A stretch of DNA of 64,000 bases from a virus (lineage: Duplodnaviria > Caudoviricetes). Below the pieces are notes generated by a model. That model did not search any database. It was not told where the DNA came from and saw only the letters and a list, made by a program, of their open reading frames with translations. The DNA is taken from IMG/VR virus record IMGVR_UViG_2548876794_000003, positions 1 through 64,000 of that record; one strand, written 5' to 3'. Shown here in pieces: positions 38,710 to 48,919 of this stretch. Each line of letters opens with the position of its first letter. Position 1 is the first letter of the stretch. Both the position numbers and the translations under genes were made by a program.

Positions 38710-38988
38710 CTAACCAATCGTTAGTAACTCATAGGGTTCTTCCGGATAATCTTCTCCCCTACTAGCATGCAAGTCGTTTATTTGCATCGTATTCGGTAGA
38801 TAATTCTGTTTGAAAATATCGACAACCTGCCGCACAAAAGGCTCATACTCTTTATAGGCGTCATGAGCTATCAATACATCTTTATGACAATTACCTTCAA
38901 TTACTTGGAACAAATCGGTGCAAAGAGAGGTTTTAATAATTACCAATGGATAGATGATTCTATCATGAGAGAACCTTAAGTCGAACAT
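38710..38988 (-). CDS. Hypothetical protein
   Basis: 92-aa ORF. Confidence 0.55.
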   Translation of the reverse strand: MFDLRFSHDRIIYPLVIIKTSLCTDLFQVIEGNCHKDVLIAHDAYKEYEPFVRQVVDIFKQNYLPNTMQINDLHASRGEDYPEEPYELLTIG

Positions 38989-39461
38989 AGAAATAGAATT
39001 TTTTTAACTTGAATATAGATAGAACCATATCCTCTAAAAACGTAGCATGAATGGATGCCTGGTTCGACTTCTTTAGAAGAAACAGAGAGCGTTGATATGT
39101 AATCACCTCGACCTTTGATACGATGAAGGTGCTCGTCCAATGAAGTATAAGTAACGACTTCATTGTCCATATCATCATAATAGGAAATGGCAATTGTCAT
39201 GTCGACAGAGCTAATCTTAGGATTGTTTGAATTAGCGTATATCATATTGCTACTCTTCATGTTCTCATTGTATGGCCATTTTATATCTGCAGCGAGCAAT
39301 GCATCTCTTTCTTTTGCTACATCAAGCTGCCGAAGGTGTTTCATTAATGGAAGGAATTCCTCAACTACATGCATACCAAAATTGCACAATGCTATATCTT
39401 GATTCGATTTTGAAGTAAACGGGTTTGGAAGAATTGGTGCATTTGTTGGTGCATTTCCCAC
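38976..39461 (-). CDS. Hypothetical protein
   Basis: SD AAGGGGGG, GTG start. Confidence 0.65.
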   Translation of the reverse strand: MGNAPTNAPILPNPFTSKSNQDIALCNFGMHVVEEFLPLMKHLRQLDVAKERDALLAADIKWPYNENMKSSNMIYANSNNPKISSVDMTIAISYYDDMDNEVVTYTSLDEHLHRIKGRGDYISTLSVSSKEVEPGIHSCYVFRGYGSIYIQVKKILFLCST

Positions 39462-39541
39462 TATATAAGTCCCCCCTTCTACTTAGTGAAAATTAAAAAA
39501 CCTCCGCTAAAAAAGCAGAGGTTGAATAGATCGTCATGCTT

Positions 39542-40177
39542 CTATTTCTGAGTGTTCTTTTCATTGAAATAGAGCTGGCATAATGACAGCAGTATATTAA
39601 ATCGTTCATTTTTATGTGTAAGAACACCATGGTTTCGAAGTAGTTTTACCACATACGATTTGAAGTCCCCTACTAATAAATGAGAATATATCGTAGGGAA
39701 TTTTGCGTAGTGATCTAGTTTAGCAAACTCTTGCGAAAAGTAATTGACAGAAGGAGAAACGATTAAATTGTTGAATGTAATATTAAACAATCTCTTATTG
39801 TTTTCCCACTCTGTTGTAGTATAAGGATTTTTGTGCAAGACATTCATACGTTCGATTGTGTGTGAAAACGATAACGAATGTTCTCTAATCAAACTAGCAA
39901 CATAACTATCCGGTCGATGATTTATTCTATCGTTTAAAAGCTCGATTATTGTGAATGGAGAATAATTAATGCGAAGCTTTGGTAAGTTTTGTACAAATTG
40001 TCGCTCTTTTTTATACCACACATGTAGGTCAATTAATTTTTGAACTCCTGAATCAGTAAGGGTTTCTAATGAATCCAACTCTTCGAACGAATTCATGTAA
40101 AATACCTTAGAGATGTCGTCATTTGTCGCCTTTCTAAATAAAGAATTACTCAATAATAAACGCTCCTTGTATAGCAT
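39542..40177 (-). CDS. Hypothetical protein (AT-rich)
   Basis: 211-aa ORF. Confidence 0.6.
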   Translation of the reverse strand: MLYKERLLLSNSLFRKATNDDISKVFYMNSFEELDSLETLTDSGVQKLIDLHVWYKKERQFVQNLPKLRINYSPFTIIELLNDRINHRPDSYVASLIREHSLSFSHTIERMNVLHKNPYTTTEWENNKRLFNITFNNLIVSPSVNYFSQEFAKLDHYAKFPTIYSHLLVGDFKSYVVKLLRNHGVLTHKNERFNILLSLCQLYFNEKNTQK

Positions 40178-40478
40178 CTTCTATCATAAGTAACGGTTAC
40201 AATGTCTCGTCTGAAAATTCAGAATGGTTAGTAGTTGCAACAATAGTCATGAAAAAATGCGAATGTTTGTTTGTACACTGAGAGTGTACAACATTGAAAA
40301 GTATACCAACGTTTTTTAAAGAGTACAATCTAAAGAATTGATGTAAGCGCATACCTGTAAAAAATTGATATATTATCCGCATAAGTAAAAAATTAAATAA
40401 GGACAAATACTTTATATTCTTTTTGAAATGATATTTATTCACTACGACTAAAGTATATATAAACAATGATACATGGTT

Positions 40479-40835
40479 TTACCCATATACCCACTTTCCA
40501 AATAATGCGAATTGAATGACTTCATCGGCACAGTCTGCATCAAATTCACACATGTCGTAAGTACTTAATAAGAAATTATGCTTACTCAAAAATTTTCTAA
40601 AAGCTGTATCAATTTTCTTCTTTGTTAATTCTCCAGCTACAGTGTCGTCATACTGGTCAAGAATTGTGATACTGCCACCTTCTTCTAGGATATGCGACGA
40701 AGCAATAGATAAAGGAATGCTACGGTCCCTATCTTTTAGCCCTTCTTTCGACATATCAATGCCAGCCCAATAGCCGATGCCCCCTTCAAAAGCTGTGACA
40801 ATAATTGATTCTAATTTTTTATAAGTTAATTCCAT
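40479..40835 (-). CDS. Conserved phage hypothetical protein
   Basis: EGGIGYWA...DA..AD.VIQ.ALFG..VYG. Confidence 0.75.
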   Translation of the reverse strand: MELTYKKLESIIVTAFEGGIGYWAGIDMSKEGLKDRDRSIPLSIASSHILEEGGSITILDQYDDTVAGELTKKKIDTAFRKFLSKHNFLLSTYDMCEFDADCADEVIQFALFGKWVYG

Positions 40836-40909
40836 AACATATTCCTCCGTTTTTTATGAAAAATAAAAAAAGACAACTCATTAAATGAATTGTCTTTTAG
40901 GTATATATA

Positions 40910-41185
40910 TTAGTTGTGAACTAATGTTTTTTTCTTTTCTTCTTTTTCGAGAAGAGAATACACTTTAACGAAAGCTTCTTCTTGAACTTTCGGATCCGCA
41001 CCCTCTACTCTAGCAATTGTTCGAAGCTCTAGCCCTGTTCTTTCTGCAACATCTCGTTGCGTTAATCGAAGAGCATTACGGCGTTTTGAAATTTCTGAAG
41101 AACGCTTTACTTCCTTACTATCTAAAAAATCTGCAACAGCAGGAATAGTACGTGCTTCTTGTAAAAAGCGTTTGAAATCGTCCAT
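40910..41185 (-). CDS. XRE-HTH antitoxin (HigA-like)
   Basis: RR..L.LTQRDVAERTGL...TIARVE; downstream of a RelE-like gene; own TGn-TATAAT promoter at about 41281-41310. Confidence 0.75.
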   Translation of the reverse strand: MDDFKRFLQEARTIPAVADFLDSKEVKRSSEISKRRNALRLTQRDVAERTGLELRTIARVEGADPKVQEEAFVKVYSLLEKEEKKKTLVHN

Positions 41186-41315
41186 ATTAATTTCTCCTTT
41201 TAGTGCGGCAGCTTAATACATTAGCGCACCGGTTAATAAATAGGATAATGATTCTACTCTTTGTTGAATAGATTCCCTTTATTATAGCAAACAAAACATT
41301 CAATTGTCACGTTAG

Positions 41316-41885
41316 TTACGATGGGTTGAATTGGCGATTTCGATAATTGGCTCTCTCCCTATACAACCTTTTAATCCTAATTGCTTCTTCAAGGTATATA
41401 TTAGTAGGATCAAAAATTCGTCCGCCGTTATTGATAGTATCTCTAGTTTTAAAGAAAGCTTTAGTGAAAACATAATAGTTCTCACCATTAACAGTGATAG
41501 TAAAAAAAATAGCTCTGAACTGGTGGATTACCGCTATATCGCGGTAAGTGATTCTTAGCTCATATATGTACGAGACTCGCCCATTTTGTCGTAATACCTT
41601 CACAAGCACCATTTCAATTGATTCACCCTCGTTATCGCCTTCTCTTATATTGAGAGTTGTGACATATTCTCCACTCTCCTCTTCTTCTCGCGTTAATGGA
41701 TATGGATAAGGAAAATCTTCTGTGTATTCAAGTTTTTCAAGAGCCATAGCAATATAGGAGACAAGAATTGGTGGTAACTTTTCAGGGTTGTCGGCGGATA
41801 ATTTTGTACGACGAACAATGTCATCTAAAAAATCTGTAACTTGGGCTTGCCCACGTTCACCCCTATGAAAATGGATTTTATTCAT
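41316..41885 (-). CDS. RelE/HigB (Gp49-like) toxin, elongated
   Basis: V.DFLD..., IYELRI, FRAIFF, TKAFFKT, EEAIRI..LY. Confidence 0.65.
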   Translation of the reverse strand: MNKIHFHRGERGQAQVTDFLDDIVRRTKLSADNPEKLPPILVSYIAMALEKLEYTEDFPYPYPLTREEEESGEYVTTLNIREGDNEGESIEMVLVKVLRQNGRVSYIYELRITYRDIAVIHQFRAIFFTITVNGENYYVFTKAFFKTRDTINNGGRIFDPTNIYLEEAIRIKRLYRERANYRNRQFNPS

Positions 41886-42247
41886 TTATTCCCCTCCTTT
41901 CTAACAAAAGCCTTTATTGTTCAACATGTTAATCTGCATAGTTGTTACTCCCTCTATTATACCCTTTTCTCCATTCCTACTCCCTAATTTAGATACGCAC
42001 AATCATTAGCATTTACATCTATACAATATGCGGCTTATGAATTGCTAGTTCGCATAAGCCCGTAATATCAGCACTTACAAAAACAGTTCGAAGTATATTC
42101 GTTTTATTGATTTTTTGGATTCATTACTAATTTAGTAAACCTAGTTAACTCTATTAATAAATCAATGGTTTACCTAAGATAACTTAAATAAGCGCGATTA
42201 TTGGCTCATTCTGTGATAGAAAGAGGAAGAAAAGGCGGCGCTTTTCA

Positions 42248-42451
42248 CTATTTAGAAGGTTGGTTTAAAACTTGGCAATAGCCTAAGAAGTAATGAGCGA
42301 TTACAACTTCTTCTTCAATTGACATTGAACCTTTCTTTTTCAGGTATGCTTTAAGCAATTGAAGAAGGCTATAGTCCTCTCCCAGCTGCTTTTCAATATC
42401 CGATAGCTCTTGATATTCGTCTGGTTGGAATAAGTAGACAGAGTTATTCAT
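42248..42451 (-). CDS. Hypothetical protein
   Basis: SD AGGAGG. Confidence 0.6.
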   Translation of the reverse strand: MNNSVYLFQPDEYQELSDIEKQLGEDYSLLQLLKAYLKKKGSMSIEEEVVIAHYFLGYCQVLNQPSK

Positions 42452-42659
42452 TCTTATCGCCTCCTATAAGAATGAACCATGTAGATAAACATAACCCATC
42501 TTCATCTGGATCTCGGGTAAAGACAGACGTTGTTCCTTTGTAGTCACTGGATACTTCGTAAACATAATCACCATGATGATCTTTATATTCTGCTATTACT
42601 TTGTAAATATTCCCGCGCTTGAAAAAACCATCAAGATTCTTTGTGCATTTTAATAACAT
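42444..42659 (-). CDS. Hypothetical protein
   Basis: Start MLLKC after SD GAGGAG. Confidence 0.6.
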   Translation of the reverse strand: MLLKCTKNLDGFFKRGNIYKVIAEYKDHHGDYVYEVSSDYKGTTSVFTRDPDEDGLCLSTWFILIGGDKNE

Positions 42660-42675
42660 TCCGTAGCTCCTCATA

Positions 42676-43191
42676 CTAGATGGTGTCTGTCCCATCCCAT
42701 TGTTTAATGACGCTTAATGGATATTTCTCCATAAAAGCCCGCGTTGTTTCTGGCAGGAAGTACTCCGCTAACTCAATGAGCGATTCAACAGATTTCATAT
42801 GTGCTTTTTTCATGCGCTCTAATTGCGCTGGTTTGTAGTAATCGCATTTGTCATACTCATAGCGATTAAAAGCAACGTCAATATCGTCCTCTTGCAATTG
42901 CTCGGTGTATCTTAATAGTTCTTCTGGTCCTTCTGTTTCAAGGACTTGATTGATTTTAGCTTCTAGTGCATCGTACACTAATACACATAATTCTTCGGAC
43001 CATTCGCGATAACCAAATCCAGCATGAAGAATGGTACTATCCCCTGCTTGATCGTTTACACTCAATTGGATTTCATAACCTTGTTCATCTACTTCCCCTT
43101 GGTCCATCAATAAGTGCAAACTTGTTCTTTCCTCAATTGGTGTATCTTCATAGCATGTTAATACAGTTAATTGGTTGTATACTCTTCCCAT
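42676..43191 (-). CDS. Hypothetical acidic protein
   Basis: SD GGAGG. Confidence 0.7.
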   Translation of the reverse strand: MGRVYNQLTVLTCYEDTPIEERTSLHLLMDQGEVDEQGYEIQLSVNDQAGDSTILHAGFGYREWSEELCVLVYDALEAKINQVLETEGPEELLRYTEQLQEDDIDVAFNRYEYDKCDYYKPAQLERMKKAHMKSVESLIELAEYFLPETTRAFMEKYPLSVIKQWDGTDTI

Positions 43192-43205
43192 TATAAAACC
43201 TCCAT

Positions 43206-43361
43206 TTATTTTTTTCGTTTAAGTTTAGATAGCGTGTTTTTGCAGACGTCATAAATGAATAAGCAGCAGACGAAGAGAAGTACAAATAGGACAATAATCG
43301 CTGAGATGCCATGGAAAGCAATCGAGATTTCATTTAATTCGTCTAAGAAGGACATGCTCAT
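43206..43361 (-). CDS. 51-aa membrane peptide
   Basis: MSMSFLDELNEISIAFHGISAIIVLFVLLFVCCLFIYDVCKNTLSKLKRKK; ATGA overlap with upstream ORF; below ORF-track cutoff. Confidence 0.6.
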   Translation of the reverse strand: MSMSFLDELNEISIAFHGISAIIVLFVLLFVCCLFIYDVCKNTLSKLKRKK

Positions 43362-43528
43362 TCATCCTCATCTTCTAATTGATAGTCCGTATGATAAAAC
43401 TCGTGGATACATACGGGAGTCCATCCAGTGATATAGTCTTCGTCATGCGAAATAACGTAATTGTTGTAAGCGACGATTAGGTCCTCTAATTCGTCTTTAT
43501 CTAATGATTCAACAAGCTCTCTTAACAT
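43358..43528 (-). CDS. 56-aa acidic hypothetical protein
   Basis: MLRELVESLDKDELEDLIVAYNNYV...GWTPVCIHEFYHTDY...; SD GGAG; below ORF-track cutoff. Confidence 0.65.
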   Translation of the reverse strand: MLRELVESLDKDELEDLIVAYNNYVISHDEDYITGWTPVCIHEFYHTDYQLEDEDE

Positions 43529-43553
43529 ATAAATTCTCCGTTTCTTTGTAGCT

Positions 43554-43904
43554 CTATGCGTTCACGCAAAAGAGCATGTATTTATTGAAATTTGTCGTAT
43601 TTTTAATCTTTTTGAATACCGTTGCATCTCCTGGAGAATGCCATTCACTTTCAATGCTTGAAATGATTCCCGTAAGTGATGCTTTAGTTAATGGGAAACA
43701 TTTATTCGCAGGGTAATTTCGGCCACCAGTCATTTGCATGATAGTTGAGACAACAGCATCTTCATCGTTCCATGACGCTACCTTTTCAAATGCTTTAAAA
43801 TTTTTATTCGCATATGTAAGAATGTCGTAAGTTGATTTAGTCCATTCAACTAGATTTTTCTCCATCTTATATACATGTAGGCCCATCCTAGTATTCTTCC
43901 TCAC
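43554..43904 (-). CDS. Hypothetical protein
   Basis: ORF in operon; start may be 43886. Confidence 0.65.
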   Translation of the reverse strand: MRKNTRMGLHVYKMEKNLVEWTKSTYDILTYANKNFKAFEKVASWNDEDAVVSTIMQMTGGRNYPANKCFPLTKASLTGIISSIESEWHSPGDATVFKKIKNTTNFNKYMLFCVNA

Positions 43905-44151
43905 GCATTGTCACATTGCCGCCTAGTGAACAAATTTCTGATTCTAAGCATGAAACGCAAATCCAACGGTGCACGTCTTTCGTGAAGTTCACATTTACAG
44001 AAACTTCTCCTCTTACTGATAAGTATGTTGGTCTAGGTATAAGCACTCCAACTTCTTCGTCACAGAAGTAACAATGGTTTGGTGCGGTGTCTGGACAATT
44101 CTCTACAGCAACAGTTGCTCTTTTTGTAATTTCTTCTGTTGATAATTTCAT
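43888..44151 (-). CDS. Zn-finger hypothetical protein
   Basis: CYFC...ICVSC; SD AGGAG. Confidence 0.65.
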   Translation of the reverse strand: MKLSTEEITKRATVAVENCPDTAPNHCYFCDEEVGVLIPRPTYLSVRGEVSVNVNFTKDVHRWICVSCLESEICSLGGNVTMREEEY

Positions 44152-44163
44152 GGTTAATCTCTC

Positions 44164-45438
44164 CTAAATAATTAATTGCAATCGTTCGTTTACTTCGCTG
44201 ATTACTTTCTTCTCTACTGGGTGTGCATCTATATGTACACCTTTATTATTTTCTTTACGCTCTTTTAAAAATTGCTCATTCGACTTGGCAATCTTTTCAC
44301 GCTTCTCCTTTTCAACGGTGTTCAATTTTACATTAAAAGGCGGGTTAGTCAACAATCTATCAAACGGAATTTCACGAGCTTGTGCTATAACGATTTCACG
44401 TTGAACATCTTCTGGTATGTTCTCCCATGGTTCGTACAAGTAATCATCGTATTGGAATATTTCTCGTTTTGTTAAATCAATTGCCCCAACATATATATCA
44501 ACTACTTGTGACTTTTCTTTAAAGATGTCCACCGGCGCATAGTATTCACCAAGTAATGAGTCCCCGTTGTATATGCGCGTGTTCGTTTTAAACTCATAGT
44601 ATTTGTTGATTGTTAATGTTAATCGGTCCACATGAATACCAACGACAGGTCTAGGCACATATAAAGCCCATGGTTTGTAAATGAAGCACTGAATAGCGGC
44701 CACTTTTGTCATTGTTAGACTTAGATCGGCGCCAACAATATTTAAAGATTCTGATGGAAGAATCATAGCTGCTCCACCGACACATGGTTCGAATTGAGAA
44801 GCGGTTCGATCTTGCATGACATCTTCTTTTGAAGTCATTATGTGCATCAACTTCGTAACTTGTATTGGTGTAGGAAAATAATCCAAATGACCACTTTGAC
44901 CGTTTGCTGAAACAAATTCTGATAGATAATCTGCTGGATAAAGATAGAACAGGTCCAATACGAACTCACGATACAATTCCTCGTAGGCCTTATCGCTTAG
45001 CCTAGGCTTTTCAAACCATGCAATGCCTAAGCTATAACCAATCCATTCAATGAACTCGCCAACATAATGGCCATCTTTGCGAACAATCTCCATACAATGT
45101 TCTAGCATTTTTTTGCATGCTTCATGTTCTTTGTTCTCGAATAGAGTGTGCTGTTTAGGGAAATCAAGAACATTCCCTTCCCCTTTTTCGCAAGCAAGGA
45201 GCCAGTTGTACCAGCTTCCTGTCATAAGAGTATCCATCGTTAAAGCCAATCCACGCATCCATCCAAAGAAATGAGCATTTTTCGCAGAGCTTGGAGGGCA
45301 TGTATATAAAGGATGATTTTGAATTTCTGAAATACGAACCATTGCTTGTAGTTGTTTTTCTCTCGGCATACTTTTAACATATTCCGCCGCCTTCATTTTT
45401 TCTTGCTCCATTAGTTTTTGATACGCAGTCTTTGCCAT
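44164..45438 (-). CDS. N6-adenine DNA methyltransferase-like protein
   Basis: YFPTP..VTKLM, FEPCVGGAAM (motif I), GDSL, LTNPPFN (motif IV). Confidence 0.75.
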   Translation of the reverse strand: MAKTAYQKLMEQEKMKAAEYVKSMPREKQLQAMVRISEIQNHPLYTCPPSSAKNAHFFGWMRGLALTMDTLMTGSWYNWLLACEKGEGNVLDFPKQHTLFENKEHEACKKMLEHCMEIVRKDGHYVGEFIEWIGYSLGIAWFEKPRLSDKAYEELYREFVLDLFYLYPADYLSEFVSANGQSGHLDYFPTPIQVTKLMHIMTSKEDVMQDRTASQFEPCVGGAAMILPSESLNIVGADLSLTMTKVAAIQCFIYKPWALYVPRPVVGIHVDRLTLTINKYYEFKTNTRIYNGDSLLGEYYAPVDIFKEKSQVVDIYVGAIDLTKREIFQYDDYLYEPWENIPEDVQREIVIAQAREIPFDRLLTNPPFNVKLNTVEKEKREKIAKSNEQFLKERKENNKGVHIDAHPVEKKVISEVNERLQLII

Positions 45439-45456
45439 ATTAGATGCACCCTTTAA

Positions 45457-45939
45457 CTATTTATTTTTTCTTCTTCGTGTTCCTAACACACCTGTTAACA
45501 TTTGATTCGCTGACTCTTCATAATGAAGAACTTTTACTCCACCTTCTGTTAGATACTTTTCATGTTGAAGGTAAAGTTTTTGATCGAAATTAAATCGTGC
45601 TGCTGCAGCTAAGATTTCTTCATTGCTTACAAACACCTCTCCGCACACAGAACCTCTCCCCTCCATGAGTGCATTTTTGATAGCAATGTCTGGTGATTTA
45701 AAGAAATCTCCTCGCTCTATATCAATCGACATATCTGCAGAAACTAGCAAATGAATACGTTCAATTGACAATAAACGCTCTTCATCTTTGTAGAACCCTT
45801 CTTCTACGTATTTTTCGATAGGTGTACATGATGTACCTTCACTGTTATTTGTTTGAATTTCATTAGAATATCCCTCGATAAGACGGATAAGTGCGGCTTT
45901 ATCTAGCTTTCGCAAAGCTAATTTAGTGTTATATTCCAT
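45457..45939 (-). CDS. Hypothetical protein
   Basis: SD AGGAG. Confidence 0.7.
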   Translation of the reverse strand: MEYNTKLALRKLDKAALIRLIEGYSNEIQTNNSEGTSCTPIEKYVEEGFYKDEERLLSIERIHLLVSADMSIDIERGDFFKSPDIAIKNALMEGRGSVCGEVFVSNEEILAAAARFNFDQKLYLQHEKYLTEGGVKVLHYEESANQMLTGVLGTRRRKNK

Positions 45940-46003
45940 TTTGTAATCTCCTAGAGTTTCTTCCTATTTAATAGGGTTTTATACAAACAAAAAAAGAGAG
46001 CTC

Positions 46004-46477
46004 TTAGGCTCTCTCATTGACTACAATTTTTCCGTTGTAGTAGTTTTCATTTTTCGGACTGACATAAAGGTAAAATCCATTGTCATAGTCGTGTCCTATA
46101 TTAGCATCGCAACATATATATGCTTTCACTTCTTCAATAACCTCTGAAACATCATGTAGAATATAATATCCTATATTGTCATGAACGTAATTCATAAGTG
46201 TTGTATCTAAAGCAGGGTACGTTGATTGTTCCCCATCGAATGCTAATTCCTTAATTGAGATAGTAAGTAGAGAATGTTCCTGCTTTTCGTAAGCATGTAT
46301 CAATGTCTCTGGCGCTAGACCATAAATATCTAAAAGTTGAGTTAAGAATCTGGCAGGATCCTTACCCAACTTGTCCTCCATGAATTGGCAGTCAAGGATA
46401 ATACGGACGTCAGATAAGTCGTGCAATTTATGCATGCATTGCATCTCTTGCTGTGCTTTGACGGTAAGTACCTTCAA
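46004..46477 (-). CDS. Hypothetical protein
   Basis: ORF in operon; start uncertain. Confidence 0.65.
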   Translation of the reverse strand: MKVLTVKAQQEMQCMHKLHDLSDVRIILDCQFMEDKLGKDPARFLTQLLDIYGLAPETLIHAYEKQEHSLLTISIKELAFDGEQSTYPALDTTLMNYVHDNIGYYILHDVSEVIEEVKAYICCDANIGHDYDNGFYLYVSPKNENYYNGKIVVNERA

Positions 46478-47138
46478 TTAAATGCACAAGCATATTCATT
46501 TTGCGGTCGTTGCGATAAGATTCGCCCAAGTGCGGTGCGATTGAAATGAAAGCTTCCATTAGGGTTGCGTTCACCAATGCAGAAGTAACGCGAGGATAGT
46601 CTCCTTCTAATACTTCTTGAACAAATTCTTCTGAAAAGATTTGTTGTGAATAAACATCGTCTGTTAAACCTTCATCGAATAAATCAAAATGAGTATGCGT
46701 TGCAAGCTCTTCTAATGGTGAAGCAGATGCACTCGTCATAAAATCAATACCTTCTGTTAAACGTACTAAGTGGTAAGCATTTTGAGAAATAAGCCCGCGA
46801 ATATATTGCGTTGCAAAACCTTCGCGTTCTTTTAGTCGTTCGTAAGAAATCTTGAAGATTGATTCAGAAGATATAACCTGTTGATGAAGTTCTTTAAGTT
46901 CTGAAACCTGTTCGGCAGAAGTTTCAGCGTGTTCGAACAATTCCATCGCATTCATTAAGAGATTCTTTGAATACTCGTGAGCCCATTTGTAATGTTCAAT
47001 CATACGATCTCGCTCTGGAGGTGTCATGCAACCAATGTCTCCTGGGTTGAAGTCGCGCATTTTTTGCAGTTGCGCGAATCGTACCTCCATAGTTTCTTCT
47101 GGGTTGACGGCAGTCATTAATTCTATTGAATTGTTCAT
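46428..47138 (-). CDS. Hypothetical helical protein
   Basis: SD GGAGG, 236 aa. Confidence 0.75.
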   Translation of the reverse strand: MNNSIELMTAVNPEETMEVRFAQLQKMRDFNPGDIGCMTPPERDRMIEHYKWAHEYSKNLLMNAMELFEHAETSAEQVSELKELHQQVISSESIFKISYERLKEREGFATQYIRGLISQNAYHLVRLTEGIDFMTSASASPLEELATHTHFDLFDEGLTDDVYSQQIFSEEFVQEVLEGDYPRVTSALVNATLMEAFISIAPHLGESYRNDRKMNMLVHLIEGTYRQSTARDAMHA

Positions 47139-47570
47139 TTAAAATCCTCCATGTTAGATGTTTTTAGTCGGTTTGGGTGTACTTTTTAACGTGAGTACGA
47201 CACAAGTGATAGATTAATGTGGTTATATAGTAAAAATATTGAATAATATACTAAAAAAGAATAGCCAACCGCTAATTGGCTAATAACTACTCAATCTTTT
47301 ATTTCTTGCTCATATGTAACAAGTCTTATAAACCTAGTCAACTACTAAGTATTTCATCATACTCAGGAATCTCCTTTCGTCTAAATGACCTTTCGCGATG
47401 AATATTATATACCGAACGCTATGGAAGGTATATAGGACTTATGTTATCTATAAATATCATATTATTACTTTTATTCTATATTTGTAAATTAAAATGAATC
47501 AAGTTTATTATTTATATCAATTTAACGACAAAAATATAGAATGCTCAGTCATTCTTTCTTCTCACAACTT

Positions 47571-48116
47571 TTATCTAATGCGAAGTTGGTTATTAAACAC
47601 AACGTATTTTGTCGTTTCTTCATGAGAGATGATGTTGTCTAGCGCTTCTTCATAAGAATCAGCGGAATAGCTGCTAATTAAATAAAAGGCGCCGAGTTGA
47701 GTACGCTTGTTTTCTTCCTTATCTATATGTATAGATTTAATAATGAACCCTGTGTACGGATTTTTACCTTTACCATTAACGGTAAAACCCTGGTTTAGAC
47801 TCATAGATTCCACTGTTGTTTCTGACGCTTTAACGATTTCTTCTGGATAGAATTCCATTAGTGATTCTTTAATCTGATCTTCTACTAAATCTTGTGAAGC
47901 GAATTTAACAGAATGTCGCACGTTGTTATAGAATCGTTTGTTAGTCGAAGCTGCGTTATTGTTTCCTACTTGCATAGTTCGAATGAAAGCGACCGTTTCG
48001 TCCATAGAAGCGTTCGCCACTTTCGGAACAGGTATTTCTAATGGAGACATAAAAACTTGCTTTGGTCCGTTAACGACTTCAAAGCCAACTTTTCGTACTT
48101 TTGAACGTTCCATCAT
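47571..48116 (-). CDS. Hypothetical protein
   Basis: SD GGAGTGG, 181 aa. Confidence 0.7.
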   Translation of the reverse strand: MMERSKVRKVGFEVVNGPKQVFMSPLEIPVPKVANASMDETVAFIRTMQVGNNNAASTNKRFYNNVRHSVKFASQDLVEDQIKESLMEFYPEEIVKASETTVESMSLNQGFTVNGKGKNPYTGFIIKSIHIDKEENKRTQLGAFYLISSYSADSYEEALDNIISHEETTKYVVFNNQLRIR

Positions 48117-48665
48117 AACAAGACCACTCCATTCTTTGTTAGTTTAATGCGTTTGTTAGTTATTGTTGGTTTCATAATTGTCTTCGCCCCTTATTGAATT
48201 TTGTTTTAAAAACATGTGAAAATTGTTTGGCAAAATATAATGTCAAATTACTGTGTGACTTACGCACACGATTAAGACAGTAACCATTGATCGCTAATGT
48301 CAAAGTTATTCGACTTCGACACCAGTACATTAAATCAACTATCTATTACACATAGTTTTTCCATGCTCAATATGTCAATAAGTGCAATGCGAAGATGATG
48401 TAGCTTCCTTACGAATAGTAAACAGCCTTTCATCTGCATTCGTCTCCCTAAATCTGGTGCGTCAAAAAACTGATGTATAGAGATATACCTGCATATCTAT
48501 AAAATAAGATATTTATATACGAGTATATTTGCATACATATGACACTGCATACTTTTAACATCGTATATGAATATACAAGAAGTATTGCATGTCTTTGATA
48601 TTGATTTGTAATTTAAGCTATTGCCTTTCTGTGATACATCTTTTCTATTATGTATTCAAGCACTG

Positions 48666-48896
48666 TTAATTGTTCTGGTATTCATATGCGAAATCAGTGT
48701 GATTCAACTCCTTGCACGATAATCTTGATACAAGTAAGTTTTCTCTTAACGCAATGTATTTAACAATTGGATTTTGAACGACCTCTTTGAAAGCATCTAA
48801 AGAACTGTATCCTGTAGTCATTGCTTTACGGTGAATCGTTGAAGCTGCGTCCAGAAGTTGTTGAATGCTCGAATTTGTATTTTTAGTCTTTTGCAG
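48666..48896 (-). CDS. 76-aa hypothetical protein, probable CTG start
   Basis: AAGGAGGTGA SD followed by TTTAT-CTG CAA AAG; the upstream in-frame extension is repeat-derived. Confidence 0.5.
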   Translation of the reverse strand: MQKTKNTNSSIQQLLDAASTIHRKAMTTGYSSLDAFKEVVQNPIVKYIALRENLLVSRLSCKELNHTDFAYEYQNN

Positions 48897-48919
48897 ATAA
48901 ATCACCTCCTTTCGTTGTA

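Noticed and set aside
40197-40466. 89-aa ORF
   Set aside because: TTG start without SD in very AT-rich DNA; composition typical of spurious ORFs.
47300-47460. 8-codon SD-led ORF MMKYLVVD and a possible riboswitch or arbitrium peptide
   Set aside because: No signal peptide, no AimR-like TPR gene, and no recognisable riboswitch consensus.
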